Shown piece after piece: positions 25,960 to 40,290 of a DNA stretch of 64,000 nt (position 1 is the stretch's first letter; every line of letters starts with the position of its first letter). A program made the translations under genes and the position numbers. The stretch covers positions 140,924,580 through 140,988,579 of the forward strand of contig NC_068983.1 in the NCBI RefSeq assembly GCF_001194135.2, read 5' to 3'. This DNA comes from Octopus bimaculoides. Its lineage: Eukaryota. The notes under the pieces are model-generated. The model saw only the letters and a program-made list of their open reading frames with translations, did not search any database and was not told where the DNA came from.

Positions 25960-26140
25960 GTTCAACAGAAGGTTCTGCCTGTTACCTGGCCTTGCCCGAA
26001 ATTCTGAAGATGTGTCATGCATTCCTAAGTGACTGTCCAGCGATAAAACCACATTCCGTTATCAATCGGCCAGAGCTTCTGATAAATATCCCTACGTCAA
26101 CAAAATGGTAACTGTTCTGTCTTTGAAAGATGGAGATATG
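25960..26140 (-). mobile_element. Possible heavily decayed L1/Tx1-type RT remnant
   Basis: Frameshifted minus pieces FKDRTVTILLT*GYLSEALAD and ECGFIAGQSLRNA*HIFR loosely match NFRPITLLN.DYKILAK.LA and Q..FI.GR.I.DN. Confidence 0.3.
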
Positions 26141-26878
26141 TCACTTTACTTCCTATCTATTTCTCTGGTCCAATCTCCAGAAACGGAGACTAATTTTTAT
26201 TGAAAATTTCCTGTAAAATTTTTTTCGCAGTTAACATTCATATGTAAGATGACGGTCCATTCTCCTACTAACACTAAAGAACTAGAAAGCATAAGGTTCC
26301 AAGACTCGACACGCCTAAATAATTTGGGTCGACTGCCACATTTGTAGCATCACACAGTCTAAAGGCATTGACTTTACTGTTTTTCTCATCCTACTTTACT
26401 AGAGTAGTTCTCCCGACATTCCCTCATTGTCGCTATCTTCTGTCGGATATATGTGAGCGATCTCAATGGAGAGGTTTATATTGCATAGTGTTTTGTTGCA
26501 AATTAGGGTAATTGCCCTTGATATTGGTGATTTTCTTGTTGATTTTCATGGTAATGTGGTAATGAGTTGTTTAAGTCGCTAATTTCGTTAACCAGAGCAT
26601 TTTCCTCTCGTTGTTACCCTCCTGCTTGCGCAGATTTAACTATTTATTTAACTGTTGCAGTTGTTTCTACTAATGTTTTCGCTGAAAGCTATTGTTGATG
26701 ACATACAGAGAGGAATAAAAATAATGAAAAATTCTGACCCGAAGGGCGAAAGCAGAGTCGAATTGAGTTACATCCTCAAGATGATCAATAGTTATTTCAT
26801 GAACTTAAAACGTAAAAAGGATTCAAATGCCAACAAGCAATTAGCCCAGTGTGCTTACGGTTCAGCCAGCTTACCACA

Positions 26879-26902
26879 CTACTACTACTACTACTACTAC
26901 TA

Positions 26903-26938
<36 letters not shown>

Positions 26939-26939
26939 T

Positions 26940-27014
<75 letters not shown>
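26879..27014. repeat. Long (TAC)n trinucleotide microsatellite, about 45 units
   Basis: Direct reading; two interruptions (cac, tat). Confidence 0.97.
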
Positions 27015-27016
<2 letters not shown>

Positions 27017-27122
27017 TAGTTCACTGGTAGTGAACAGTTTACACCATAGTACATCTCCAGTGTTAGAAGCTGTGCAAAAACAATAAATAATAAGCATAAT
27101 AATCTTAGTATTAATAATAAAT

Positions 27123-27395
27123 AATTATTCAAATCCCTAAGAATTACTCTCAACACATGGCTATGATGATCTCCCACTACTTCTGCACGTGAGCAGAGGT
27201 GCAGATATCGTCATCCACCGACGGACATGCTCAACTGGTTAAGGTCAAACAACTGACAAGCAAATCTGTGGTATTGAGCAGATTATTTACTGTAGCCCAT
27301 CGTCTATACCACCACAAAACAATGTACATGATAACACTTCCAATCAGTTAAGATCAGAATCTATGCGAGCCACTGCCTGCTACTGCATCAGGGCA
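27123..27395. mobile_element. Unclassified interspersed repeat (recalled as abundant in octopus), embedded in (AAT)n
   Basis: ttattcaaatcc...gctcaactggttaaggtcaaacaactgacaagcaaatctgtggtattgagcaga...cactgcctgctactgcatcagggca, with AAT runs on both sides. Single copy in this window, so repeat status rests on recall. Confidence 0.55.
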
Positions 27396-27439
27396 ATAAT
27401 AATAATAGTTTTGGCACAAAGCCATCATTTTAACGGGAA

Positions 27440-27560
27440 GGTTTCAGTCGATTACCTCCACCCCAATGCTGAACTGCTACTTATTTCATCGACTCTGACA
27501 GGATGAAGATCAAAATAGATTCTGGAGGAATTCGAACTCAGAAAGTAGAGACGGTTGAAA
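27440..27560 (-). mobile_element. SINE family C fragment
   Basis: tcgattacctccaccccaatgctgaactgctacttatttcatcgactctgacaggatgaag...gaattcgaactcagaa is the reverse complement of the family C core. Confidence 0.7.
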
Positions 27561-27878
27561 TGGCGCTAATCATTTTGGTTAGTGTGCTAATGATTTTGCT
27601 AGCTCACCGCCCTATTAATAATATTAATAATAATAATGATGATGATGATAATAATAATAATAATAAATCTGGCAACTCATATTTTATAAATGGTGAGTTG
27701 TAAAGGTTAATTCTTTTCACTGTAATTTAATTTACCGAGACAATTTTCCTCATCAAATCTAACAAATGAAATTCTATATTCTTGCTGTTCACAATCGAAC
27801 ATAAACGAACAAGAAAACCAAAATCCATTCACACACACACACACACACACGCACACACACACACACATACACACACAC

Positions 27879-27953
<75 letters not shown>

Positions 27954-28249
27954 CTAACACGCAGAGGGCGCACACATACATTTATGCATGTGTGTGTGTG
28001 TGTTTGTGTGTGTTTACACAGATGTTTTAGAATGTGTATGTTTAAATTGACAGTCTATTGGTTATCGATTTAAACAAAAATCTATACTGCTACAAACGGA
28101 TAACTATTGTTATACAAGTGTCTTTGTTTCTAACAGTGACCTACACCCAAACTCTTACACCAAGACTCTTTCATTTACATAAATAAAAATGTTGAATATA
28201 ATTTTTATATTTTATATTTTCATCACTTTCTCTGTCTCCCCCTTCCCCC

Positions 28250-28283
<34 letters not shown>

Positions 28284-28678
28284 NNNNNNNNNNNNNNNNN
28301 NNNNNNNNNNNNNNNNNNNNNNNNNNNNNNNNNNNNNNNNNNNNNNNNNNNNNNNNNNNNNNNNNNNNNNNNNNNNNNNNNNNNNNNNNNNNNNNNNNNN
28401 NNNNNNNNNNNNNNNNNNNNNNNNNNNNNNNNNNNNNNNNNNNNNNNNNNNNNNNNNNNNNNNNNNNNNNNNNNNNNNNNNNNNNNNNNNNNNNNNNNNN
28501 NNNNNNNNNNNNNNNNNNNNNNNNNNNNNNNNNNNNNNNNNNNNNNNNNNNNNNNNNNNNNNNNNNNNNNNNNNATATATATATATATGTATACATGCAT
28601 ATATATACATACACATATATGTACATGCACACATATGCATTAATGTGTGCATGCATGCATGTATATGTGTGTATGTAT

Positions 28679-28709
<31 letters not shown>

Positions 28710-28719
28710 NNNNNNNNNN

Positions 28720-28753
<34 letters not shown>

Positions 28754-29677
28754 TATATGTTATTTCCCTTTTCTCTTACGTACAATACACATACACACAC
28801 ACATATGTATGTGTTGCACATATAATATTTGTACATTATTTGCCGTGTGTATCTGTATGTATGTGTGTGCCTGCGTCTATATCTCTGTGGGTGTTTGCAT
28901 GTGTGTGTGTGTGCATATATGTGTGTAAGTATATAAATACATACTAAGGCGCCGAATTTACAGTGTTGTTAAAACGTCCGATAAAATGACTTGCATAATT
29001 TGTTTTAGCTGTTTGCTTTCGGAGGTCAAGTTATCTATGTTAATTGGGTCACATCAGTAGTAAAGTTACTGCAATACTTTGGTTTAAAGCCCAGTATACA
29101 AAATAGATTGTCTAAAAAGTCCATTGAACTTACGCGGTGGAAATTTATGAGAGCAGCTAAAACGCACAGAAAGCAGGAGTAATCCCTTTCTCTCTCGCAC
29201 ACACACATACACAAGCACAAATACACAAACACACTTACGTGTGGGTATACTTACATGCATATCTGCACGCATAAAGTAAAATATACGTATACATGGATAA
29301 ATAGATGAGTATTTTGCGTGCACACAATTGTTATACATAGATACAGCCTCGCTTTATAGTTAGACATTTTGTATAGCCCCAAGAAAACGTCGATCATTAT
29401 AGGATGATTATTGACATGTTTTGAGAAGTCTATAATTGCGTTTCATCTTCTAAGTTAGAAATTGTTGAAATCTTAGAAAAGCATATGAAATGCAGGTGCT
29501 TATTGACAAATTTATATATTTGTTGTCAAAACGTATACAAGCGTTAAGTTCATATGCATATGATTCGAGAGCTCTTTGAATCATTCTGCTTAAGACATGC
29601 ACGTATAGACAAACACAAACACACGCACAATAAAACACACACACACAATGGCATACACACATAATGACTCATAAACA

Positions 29678-29712
<35 letters not shown>

Positions 29713-30341
29713 TCTCTTCCTCTGTCTCTGCCTCTAAAAGCAGAGATTGAGAAAAGTTAAGCTATTTACGTTCCTGACGACAAGTTTATTTATCCTATAG
29801 AGGGGAAAAGAACGTTCTGAGAGATACTTATACGTTTATGAACATGCGTGTCTATGTATTTCAGTGTGTGTGTGTGTGTGTGTCTGTGTGTGTGTGTTTG
29901 TGCACGTGCGCTTGTATGTGTGTGCGTTCATGGGCATGCGCGCGTACTACCGTGTCTGTACGTTCATGTGTGTCTCTATGTATGTGTATGTAGCCGTGCT
30001 TGTGTACTTCTGCTTGAGTCTGTGTGAGAATTGGCGCAATGAGGACGAATGGCCTAGAAGTTTACTTAACAAGAATCCTTACACACACATACGCACTCTA
30101 TAAACACTATACACACACGCATACACACATTCACACACACGCAAATATATATATATATATATAGCTGGAAAAGATTAGAGAACTATACAAATTATATTTT
30201 TTTTTAGATAAAAGATGGAGGTGGAAATAGCACAGAAATAAATCGAAGACATTTCAATTGAGAAAGAATTTGATAAAATGATGTAAAACTTATATTTTAA
30301 AAATGTAGAATGCTACTGGTTTCGACAATGAATCTCATCAA

Positions 30342-31348
<1,007 letters not shown>

Positions 31349-31349
31349 A

Positions 31350-31726
31350 GGCGCAGAGGTGGTTGTGTGGTAAATAGCTTGCTTACAAAACACATGGTTC
31401 CAGGTTCAGTCCCTCTGCGTGGCACCTAGGGCAAGCCTTATGAGTGGATTTGGTATACGGAAACAGAAAGAATCCCGTCGTATATATGTATATGTATGTA
31501 TTGTATGTGTATATTTGTGTGTGTATGTGTTTGTGTGTCTGTGATTGTCCCCAACATCGCTTGACAACCGATGCTGGTGTGTTTACGTTCCTGTAACTTA
31601 GTGGTTCGGCAACAGAGACCGATAGAATAAGTACTACGCTTACAAAGAATAAGTCCTGGGGTCGATTTCTTCAACTAAATACGGTGCTCCAGCATGGCCG
31701 CAATCAAATGACTGAAACAAGTAAAA
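31350..31726 (+). mobile_element. SINE family B with an internal deletion of about 30 bp
   Basis: Collinear with 23704-24150 but gggcaag is joined directly to ccttatgagtgg, a deletion between caag/caaag microhomologies. Confidence 0.9.
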
Positions 31727-32022
31727 TCCTGTTTAACGAATATTTGCTTCTCTTTCATTACAAATAATCTTGAAATATCTTCTAAATTCCGACCTCCAAT
31801 TCTCTTAACTTATAGTATTTCGTGACTGGTAAATGATAGACATGCTAACAAAATTCATGTTTACGTATACATAGCACCAAGATGATTTTCACATTTTTTC
31901 TTTCTTTCAATAACATCACTCTTATTCATTCTCTCTCTCACTTTCCCTTTCTCTCTCACAGTCCCATTCTCTTTCTCTCTTCAACAAATTCACTAACGCA
32001 TTTTACTAAAGCACCACATGTG

Positions 32023-32060
<38 letters not shown>

Positions 32061-32080
32061 TGTGTGTGTGTGTGTGTGTG

Positions 32081-32154
<74 letters not shown>

Positions 32155-33059
32155 ATATACATATGCACAGACATATATATTTATGTGCATATAATCGAAC
32201 GCCACGCATCCTTTTCCAAGCAGATATATATACATACATATACACATATATGTACATATTTACATATATATGTATATATATATATATATACAAATATTTG
32301 TATATACACACGCAAACATATATAAGTGTATACATAGAGACAAACATACATACAAACACGCACACATACACACGTATATGATTGTCTGTCTATCTAATCA
32401 TGTATTCCTGTTATCAGTTCGTTCTTTTATTCATGAAAAGCAATAAAGTCAATTTTTAGAGAATCGAATCAAAAATAGTTTTATTGGCGGATTAAAATCG
32501 ACATTTTGAAAAAAAAAATTGCCATAAAATTAATGATCTATTGATCACTCTATCTTTCATTTTATTTCTTCGTTCCCCGATTCGAATATACTCGGAGCGA
32601 ATCATTATAGAAATGTTGCCAAATGCAAATTTGTGACCTGACAGATGTTTCGTTAATGGGATTCTATACTGAGAAAACGAAACTTTAAACACTAGCAATC
32701 ATTCACAATATATTTAAGCATCTTTCCAGCGTATGGAATATTGGATTGGAAGACGACTGTAGAAAAGTAAACTAAATTCGAGTAATCCTTTATTAACTTA
32801 CTCGCCTTATGTCGACCAAGCTACATATTTTCTAACTTCTCATTTTACCATCTTTTTTTCGACTCTCTTTCTAATATAATGTAATTACTTTATATGTGGT
32901 ATAGAAGCCGCCTACTTTCCTCCGTAGACACATGATGCCTCTCGGTTTGATACTAGCATCAGGTCTTTCATTGTCTGAAATATCTTGCCTCATTAGCGCC
33001 AGGTTTCCGCCTGGGGATGGCTGTGACATTTGATTGCACACCTACATCATCTAGTCTTC

Positions 33060-33600
33060 TCGGGAATGCATCAAGAAAATAGAAATGCTCTGCCATTTTT
33101 CTATTGTATTCTCCGATAATCGTGGACTTCCTTTCAATCTAGACCTTATTTGTCCGTTCCTACTTTGCCACAGTTCTCAATGTATTTTATACCAATCCCT
33201 ATCTCCAATCTATCTAATATTCCTGGTTTACTCACTACATTCTAAAGTCATCCGCTGGAGAAGTTGATTACGCTTACTAAGACTACACTCGCATCTAAGA
33301 ACAGCAATAATATCAGCAATAATTTCTTCGAGTTAGCCTCCATCAAAGTATTTTTTTCACACAGTCTCTATAACGTCCCTAATTTTTTGAATAACCAGCA
33401 GTTATTTGACCACATTCTTTTTGCATTGAGGAGATATGTCTTATGTCAACTCCTCCCGAAGGTACCGTTTTAAGAGACCAGTTTCTACAATTCCATGTGG
33501 ATCTTTCACGTATACCACACTAATGACGCCGGCAGAGAGACCAAATCTTGAACAATTAATCTCTGTAATTAATCTCTGTTTACTACATCGATGCCCAGGT
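33060..33600 (-). mobile_element. Possible decayed L1/Tx1 ORF2 C-terminal region
   Basis: Multi-frame pieces (SLVWY.., PQCKK.., ECSE*TR, KWQSI) loosely follow the order of Tx1 C-terminal motifs. Many stops. Confidence 0.3.
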
Positions 33601-34129
33601 AACCGAAATGTCCTTTATGTATTTATGGCTACGTATCTTAAATTATATCAACTATAAATGTTTTTTCCATTAACTGGATCATCAGGCCGTTGCTATTATT
33701 TAACTACCAAAAACTTTCTACATATGTCTCAACATTTTCCTATTAGACTGTAAGCCATTCGCCTGTTAGGAGTCTCTCTACTTTTATGATAACCTTGGCA
33801 GCATATGTGCTTCACTCATGACCATCAGAAACAGTGTGGCGGGTGACTGTTACCAATAATGCCGAACATGGTAAAAGTCCATTGTCTCAACTTTTCTAGT
33901 TTGTTCACTTCTAGCTGTACTGAAATTGTTTAGATTAAAAGCAAGGATTACATTAGGCAATCCTGGTAAAACAAACTAGCCACCAAAAACTCTGTGGTGT
34001 TTACTCATGAAAAGCATCATATTCAAGCCATTGTCTGCTTCGCAAAATCTGTGTACTTGATACAATTATCATACTAACCTGCTTTCCAAATTGCAGTTGT
34101 ACATTTGGTTGTTTGCCTAAATAATTTCC

Positions 34130-34186
<57 letters not shown>

Positions 34187-34267
34187 TCACTTCCTGTAGG
34201 TGGTCTTTTTTTCCTCGTCACCCACCAAAAGCTTCTTGCCTTTAAGAAAATTAAAGATAGGAATAGC

Positions 34268-34325
34268 GACATCAGCAGAGCATTCGACATTATCTGACAT
34301 ATGAGTATTCTATCTAAGCTACTTA
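34268..34325 (+). mobile_element. CR1/L2/Jockey-type RT micro-fragment
   Basis: DISRAFDII*HMSILSKL resembles the LDISKAFD.VWH..LL.KL motif. Confidence 0.45.
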
Positions 34326-34768
34326 TGTTGTCTTACTTTAGATCTCTATCTCCCAATAAAATCGAATTTTTGCCATGTGAGTTGAGAAGAATTTTCATGT
34401 TCAACTATCTATAGATCCCAGCATAGTCCAGGTATCTTTGTGTATTAAAACACACACAGATGTGACTAATCTTAAATCATTCACCCGCCATACATTTTCT
34501 ATTCGTAACGTAACCACCTCAGTTCAAACAGTTTTTCAGGGTGATAAGAGTTCGAACAGATGGATTCTTACTTCACAAAGAAGCACAATTTAAATTAATG
34601 TCAAATATCATGTTTTCTGATACTTTTTCATCCTAAATGAGGTGAATCTTGAAATAATATGCGACAATTGAAAACCAACTAAATCCTGCTAAATTTAAAA
34701 CACATTTGCTCAAATTAGAGGAAAACAATTTATAAAATTTATGAATGAAGGGTTACACGCACACCTTT

Positions 34769-34821
<53 letters not shown>

Positions 34822-35169
34822 NNNNNNNNNNNNNNNNNNNNNNNNNNNNNNNNNNNNNNNNNNNNNNNNNNNNNNNNNNNNNNNNNNNNNNNNNNNNNNN
34901 NNNNNNNNNNNNNNNNNNNNNNNNNNNNNNNNNNNNNNNNNNNNNNNNNNNNNNNNNNNNNNNNNNNNNNNNNNNNNNNNNNNNNNNNNNNNNNNNNNNN
35001 NNNNNNNNNNNNNNNNNNNNNNNNNNNNNNNNAGAATAAATAGAAATACAAATAAAAATTGTTGAAAGAAGGAACAATTTCAGAGTTTTAGATTAAATAA
35101 AATCAATAATAAAATTAAATGAAATTTCTAAAAATATTATTTTGTGTAATATAAGTTTGAAAATGAGCA

Positions 35170-35275
35170 AAATATTGACCTCGGTGAAATTTAAATCAGA
35201 AACTTAGCAACTGGCGAAATATCGCTAAACATCTTGTCTAGCTCGCTAAAATTAAGCCAGCATCGTCGCCTTATT
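35170..35275 (-). mobile_element. SINE family C 5' fragment
   Basis: gacctcggtgaaatttaaatcagaa...gcgaaatatcgctaaacat...cgtcgcctta is the reverse complement of the family C head. Confidence 0.7.
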
Positions 35276-35704
35276 AATAATGATAATAATAATGATAAAT
35301 AAATGCAATGAAAGTAAAATAATAAATGAAAGCAAAATGAAAAAAAAAATGCAATGAAATTAAAATAACAAAATGAAAGTTAAATAATTAAGTAATGAAG
35401 ATAATAAATTATACCTTGACATACACGCGTAAGGCAATTATACTGAAAGATGTATATCAATACCCAAGATTTAAAATAAAACGTGACTAAATACACACAC
35501 GAGAAGAACTGCACCCATGCCCTTATATTTCTAAAAGCATATGCTCTCTAATGATATATTTATTCAGAAATCTATTGTTACTGTAAAAATCTGGAAAGTC
35601 CACATCAATCTCCATATTTCATTAAAATATTCCGTTCCTGAGCAAAACGCAATTCGAAACTATACGAAGAATTACTCAGTGATGAAATACTGTTTACACT
35701 ATCA

Positions 35705-35880
35705 GAAATAAATTTGTCCGTCTTTACATCCTGAGTTCAAATTTCGCCGAGGTCGAATTTGCCTTTTAACCTTTCTGGTCGATAATATAAGTTCCAATTG
35801 ATTACTGAAGTTGATGTTATCAATATACCCCTCCCTTGGAATTGCTGGGTTTCTTCCAAAATTTGAAACCAACATCAGAA
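35705..35880 (+). mobile_element. SINE family C
   Basis: tttgtccgtctttacatcctgagttcaaatttcgccgaggtcgaatttgcctttt...ggtcgataatataagt...aaaatttgaaacca. Confidence 0.85.
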
Positions 35881-36729
35881 ACAAATTAAAGATATTCGCT
35901 TCCGTCAAGAAGCACAAAAACAATAAGCACCAAATCACAAACACAATCAATGATCGGGAAGTAACCGTACACCAACCTACTAAGGTGAAACTACAAATAA
36001 AACACAGCTAAGAAACAACTCCCAAATCACTGAATTTAAATATACCATTTAACAGAGCATTGTGGTAACGAAAAACCTAATCACAAGGTAAATATTTAGT
36101 TACTATAAACCACATGCTCGATAGCATACCCCTCCACATAATTCAACGTCACCATATATATATGGGGGGCGTATGACAGAGAGGAAAGAGATGTGAATAT
36201 CATCTGCATGAATGTGTAATGCAAATTTACATTAACAGTTTCTCAACTTATAGAAAATTGATATGACCTATATTTCTAATTTCATGAAATAAATTGCATT
36301 ATAAGATTAAAAAGTTTAAGCGCTGTCCATACATTTTCGAAATAACTAGAATGAAATTTTTCTTGATTCATTATGATAGAATTAAATTTAAAATAACAAA
36401 CTTGCTTTTACAAATATCTCATAAGATATTAATTATATTTAAGCAATGAAATTAGTGAAGTGATCTTCATAATAATTAAGGTTTCCGAAATATTATTTTT
36501 CAATATCTTTTAAAACATCTTTAAAAGTCGATTAAATTTATTTTGATGAAAATACTGATGTCATAGGAAAACATGATTTGAGAACATTATCCAACTAGAT
36601 TTTTTTTTTTAAATGTGATTGTCATGCAGAATTCAATTTGTTGCTATTAGACAAGAGCTTGAACCAATATAGTGGCTTCACATAGAAACTAGATATGCTG
36701 GATCAACGTTGAGGTGTTTCACTTTTTAG

Positions 36730-37200
36730 TCTCTTACAGGTCCTGATATGTAATCGAATTCTGCATAGAGATTCCTAAAATGTCTCTGCAGTTAAGATGT
36801 TCTTTCTGAAACAATGAGTTCAACTCCACTGCGTTGACATTTGAAGTAATTTTGTCGGAATAACCAAAGATACTTTGCTGAAATTCACTGTGGAAATCTG
36901 AATGGAAGCCCATCAGATTGACTGTCTTCTTTCTAGGACGTTTGACACAATCTGGAACTAAGTTTAATATCCCCACCTTGATATAGGCTGTCTACAGAAG
37001 AGTTTCATTGTGAGAATTCAGAAAAGGTTCATAGGTTGAGGATAATTATTCTGTCCTGTTTCCAAGATTCAGAGCCACTTCAAAAACTTCACTTATGCCT
37101 TCCTTCTTAGAGCAAACATTGTAACATACATTTGGTGGTAAACGTTCAAATCTCGCTATCGCTTAAATTTGCATTAATGACGCTCCTTCCTTTGAGTTTG
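36730..37200 (-). mobile_element. Probable decayed hAT (Charlie/ZBED5-like) transposase remnant
   Basis: One minus frame stays largely open, with few stops over about 150 codons. VNLMGF...ELNSLFQKEHLNCRDILGIS resembles the Charlie AQL.VF...F..LN.FF....L.W..C.GI.TDG segment. Confidence 0.4.
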
Positions 37201-39217
37201 TGGCGATGAATTCTCACTTCCATTTATGCGTTTAGTAGCATTTTTGAGAAAATAAATCTAACATCTTGGAAGAGCTTGAAGGAGAAATATATTTATAGTG
37301 TTTAGCCCTGTTTCACTAAAATCGAAACGTAATAACTGTAAGAATAGATGTCAGAGTTCAGTGGAAAAGCTAGGATTTTCATAAAATGAAAGCAACCAAG
37401 TAACATGAAAATTACTAGTACAACCTGGAAGCACAGCAATATGAAAATCCAAGACATTTCTGAAGCTGACAATACGAATTCCATTTTGACATTTATATTC
37501 CAACAATGTTGCTTTGCAATACTGTTAGAGACTCGCTGTTTCATTCGCCTTTCATATTTTCTTTTTGTCTTTCCGCCATCGTATTGCTATTCTATCCTTT
37601 TCTTTCAATTCTAATTCTTAGATCTAAAAATAATTTGAACCGTTTAAATTTTTTTCGTCAACGTTTAATTTTCCCATTTGATAACACAAGTATTTCAAAG
37701 CAACGGTACGAGAAAATATTCAACGTGATTATAAAATTTTAATTTATAGTTATACTTATTTATGTCGAAAAAGTCTTATCGCACACATTACCGTAACGAC
37801 TATGAAGTAAGTTTTAATTATCGTTTGCATTATTACTTATAATACATGCACAACTTACCTTTTTAGGTTAGTTGTATTGAACCGTGTGTGTGCGTGGGCG
37901 CGAATGAGTGTATACATATGTATAAACTTATACACACATGTATGTATTTACATACAAGCATGTATGTATATACATACATATACACATGCATACATACATT
38001 AACATTCACTGGTGTCCAAATAAAATCAATAATATCCAAACGTAGTTAAATATCTGCTGACCAATTAACCCTTTCACCTATGTACATTCATTTGAGAACC
38101 CGTAAAAATCGACCCTACGACCTCAGCCTAACGCACCTAAATAGACACGCCTGATTACAAACTGTTATGTGCATGAATAAATTCTAAGCAATAACACAAT
38201 TTAAACTCTGAGCAATAACACAAGTGTGAATTTAATCAGCCCCCACCACAATCACCACAGCTTATCCTACCACCTATTTATCATTCAACGGAGATCCACC
38301 TGCCATAAAAAAATTTTAACTTAACAGAGTCTGTATAAAAAAGATGAACTTCAAAGGCCGATGATGACTTAGCTGAGTGAAACTTAGATATTAATGACAG
38401 TTCTATTCTTGTTAAAAAATAATAAATTCGTACATTACCAAAAGTATTGAGTAATGCATCATTTTAATGTAAAATTGCTTTTATAATAACTTAACATAGA
38501 AATAAGCATTTATATAGAGAGCTACATAGATATAGATATACAATAAACACACACAGAGGCACAAATATGTGTATACATACACAAATACATACTCACATAT
38601 ATGTATGTATGTATGTATGTATGTATCTATATATGTAGGTATGTACTTATCAATACGCCTGAAGAATAACAGAGATGAAACTATTGAAACTATTGTATAG
38701 ATAATAGATAGACACAAAACACGTGCAGGTAAAGAAGATGGAAAAGATTCTTACTACTCACCCTAAATTATCTTTCCTGTTTCGTTATCCTTCTTATCTC
38801 CTAGGAATTTGGCTTTACTTTTAACATGCTATTACGGTTGACAGCGTACAGAAACATGGTGATTTAGTTAAAAATGTTTTGGGGTTTGAAAGTGCGAGAT
38901 GCAAAAGATTGGCTTCAATTTAAAGTCTTAATCTAAATTGACGCCTCTAGGGTGAAACTGTTTCAATACTCACACCGAAAAGAAATATTCAGAAATAGAA
39001 CACATTTATTTCTAAGTATTTTTCACCTATTTACGAAGTCACAGAAGCGAATACCCACACATACAAACACTTATAATTGCATATAATGCAGTACACGTAA
39101 ACACTCAGGATTATAGAGCGTATACATATCAGTATACAGCTTATATAGACAATTATGAATTACAACGATATTTATACATGCGTCAATCGAGTATGCGAAT
39201 ATATATTTCATGTGTAA

Positions 39218-39220
<3 letters not shown>

Positions 39221-39261
<41 letters not shown>

Positions 39262-40290
39262 TATCGTTTAACGTCCGCTTTCCATGCTAGCATGGGTTGG
39301 ACGATTTAACTCAGGACTGGTGAACCAGGTGGCTACACCAGGCTCCAATCTGATTTGGCAGAGTTTCTACAGCTGGATGCCCTTCCAAACGCCANNNNNN
39401 NNNNNNNNNNNNNNNNNNNNNNNNNNNNNNNNNNNNNNNNNNNNNNNNNNNNNNNNNNNNNNNNNNNNNNNNNNNNNNNNNNNNNNNNNNNNNNNNNNNN
39501 NNNNNNNNNNNNNNNNNNNNNNNNNNNNNNNNNNNNNNNNNNNNNNNNNNNNNNNNNNNNNNNNNNNNNNNNNNNNNNNNNNNNNNNNNNNNNNNNNNNN
39601 NNNNNNNNNNNNNNNNNNNNNAGTGTCCAATGAAGGAGACGACGTTGGCATGGGTACCAGTCATCGAATTTAGCTCGATTTCGATTTCACTTGCCTCAAC
39701 AAGTCTTCGCCAGAAGTATTTAGTGTCCAATGAAGGAAAGGTACGCATAAGTGGGCTGGCTACGATCCTGGCAGAGGCCTTGGATTTAAGTCTCATTTGG
39801 CTTGCCGGGTCTTCTCGCGAACAGCATATTTCCAAAGGTCCCAGTCACAAGTCATCGCCTCGGTGAGGCCCAATGTTCGAAGGTCGTGCCTCACCACCTC
39901 ATCCCAAGTCTTCCTGGGCCTACGTCTTCCGCAGGTTCCATCAACTGCTAGGGTGTGTCACTTTTTCACACAGCTATCCTCATCCATTCTCGCCACATGA
40001 CCATAAGAGTGCAATCGTCTCTCTTGCACACCACAACTGATGCTTCTTAGGTTCAACTTTTCCCTCAAGGTACTTACACTCTATCTATTATGCACACTGA
40101 CATTACACATCCATCGGAACATACTGGCTTCATTCCTTGCGAGCCTACGCATGTCCTCAGCGGTCACGGCCCATATTTCACTGCCATGTAGCATAGCTTT
40201 TCGTACACATGCGTCATACAGTCTGCTTTTCACTCTGAGTGAGAGACCCCTTGTCACCAGCAGAGGTAAGAGCTTTCTGAACTTTTTCCA
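39221..40290 (-). mobile_element. 5'-truncated RTE-clade LINE: ORF2 C-terminus, 3' UTR and (GAT)n tail, with an assembly gap inside
   Basis: Minus frame AWKKFRKLLPLLVTRGLSLRVKSRLYDACVRKAMLHGSEIWAVTAEDMRRLARNEASMFRWMC...RRLHSYGHVARMEEDSCVKK*...GRRRPRKTWDEVVRHDLRTLGL...WKYAV. Stop at 39793-39795; two in-frame stops, no frameshift. (cat)n at 39221-39262. Confidence 0.93.

Noticed and set aside
26655-27086. Poly-Tyr 143-aa ORF
   Set aside because: It is produced by the (TAC)n microsatellite, and the flanking peptide has no recognisable features.
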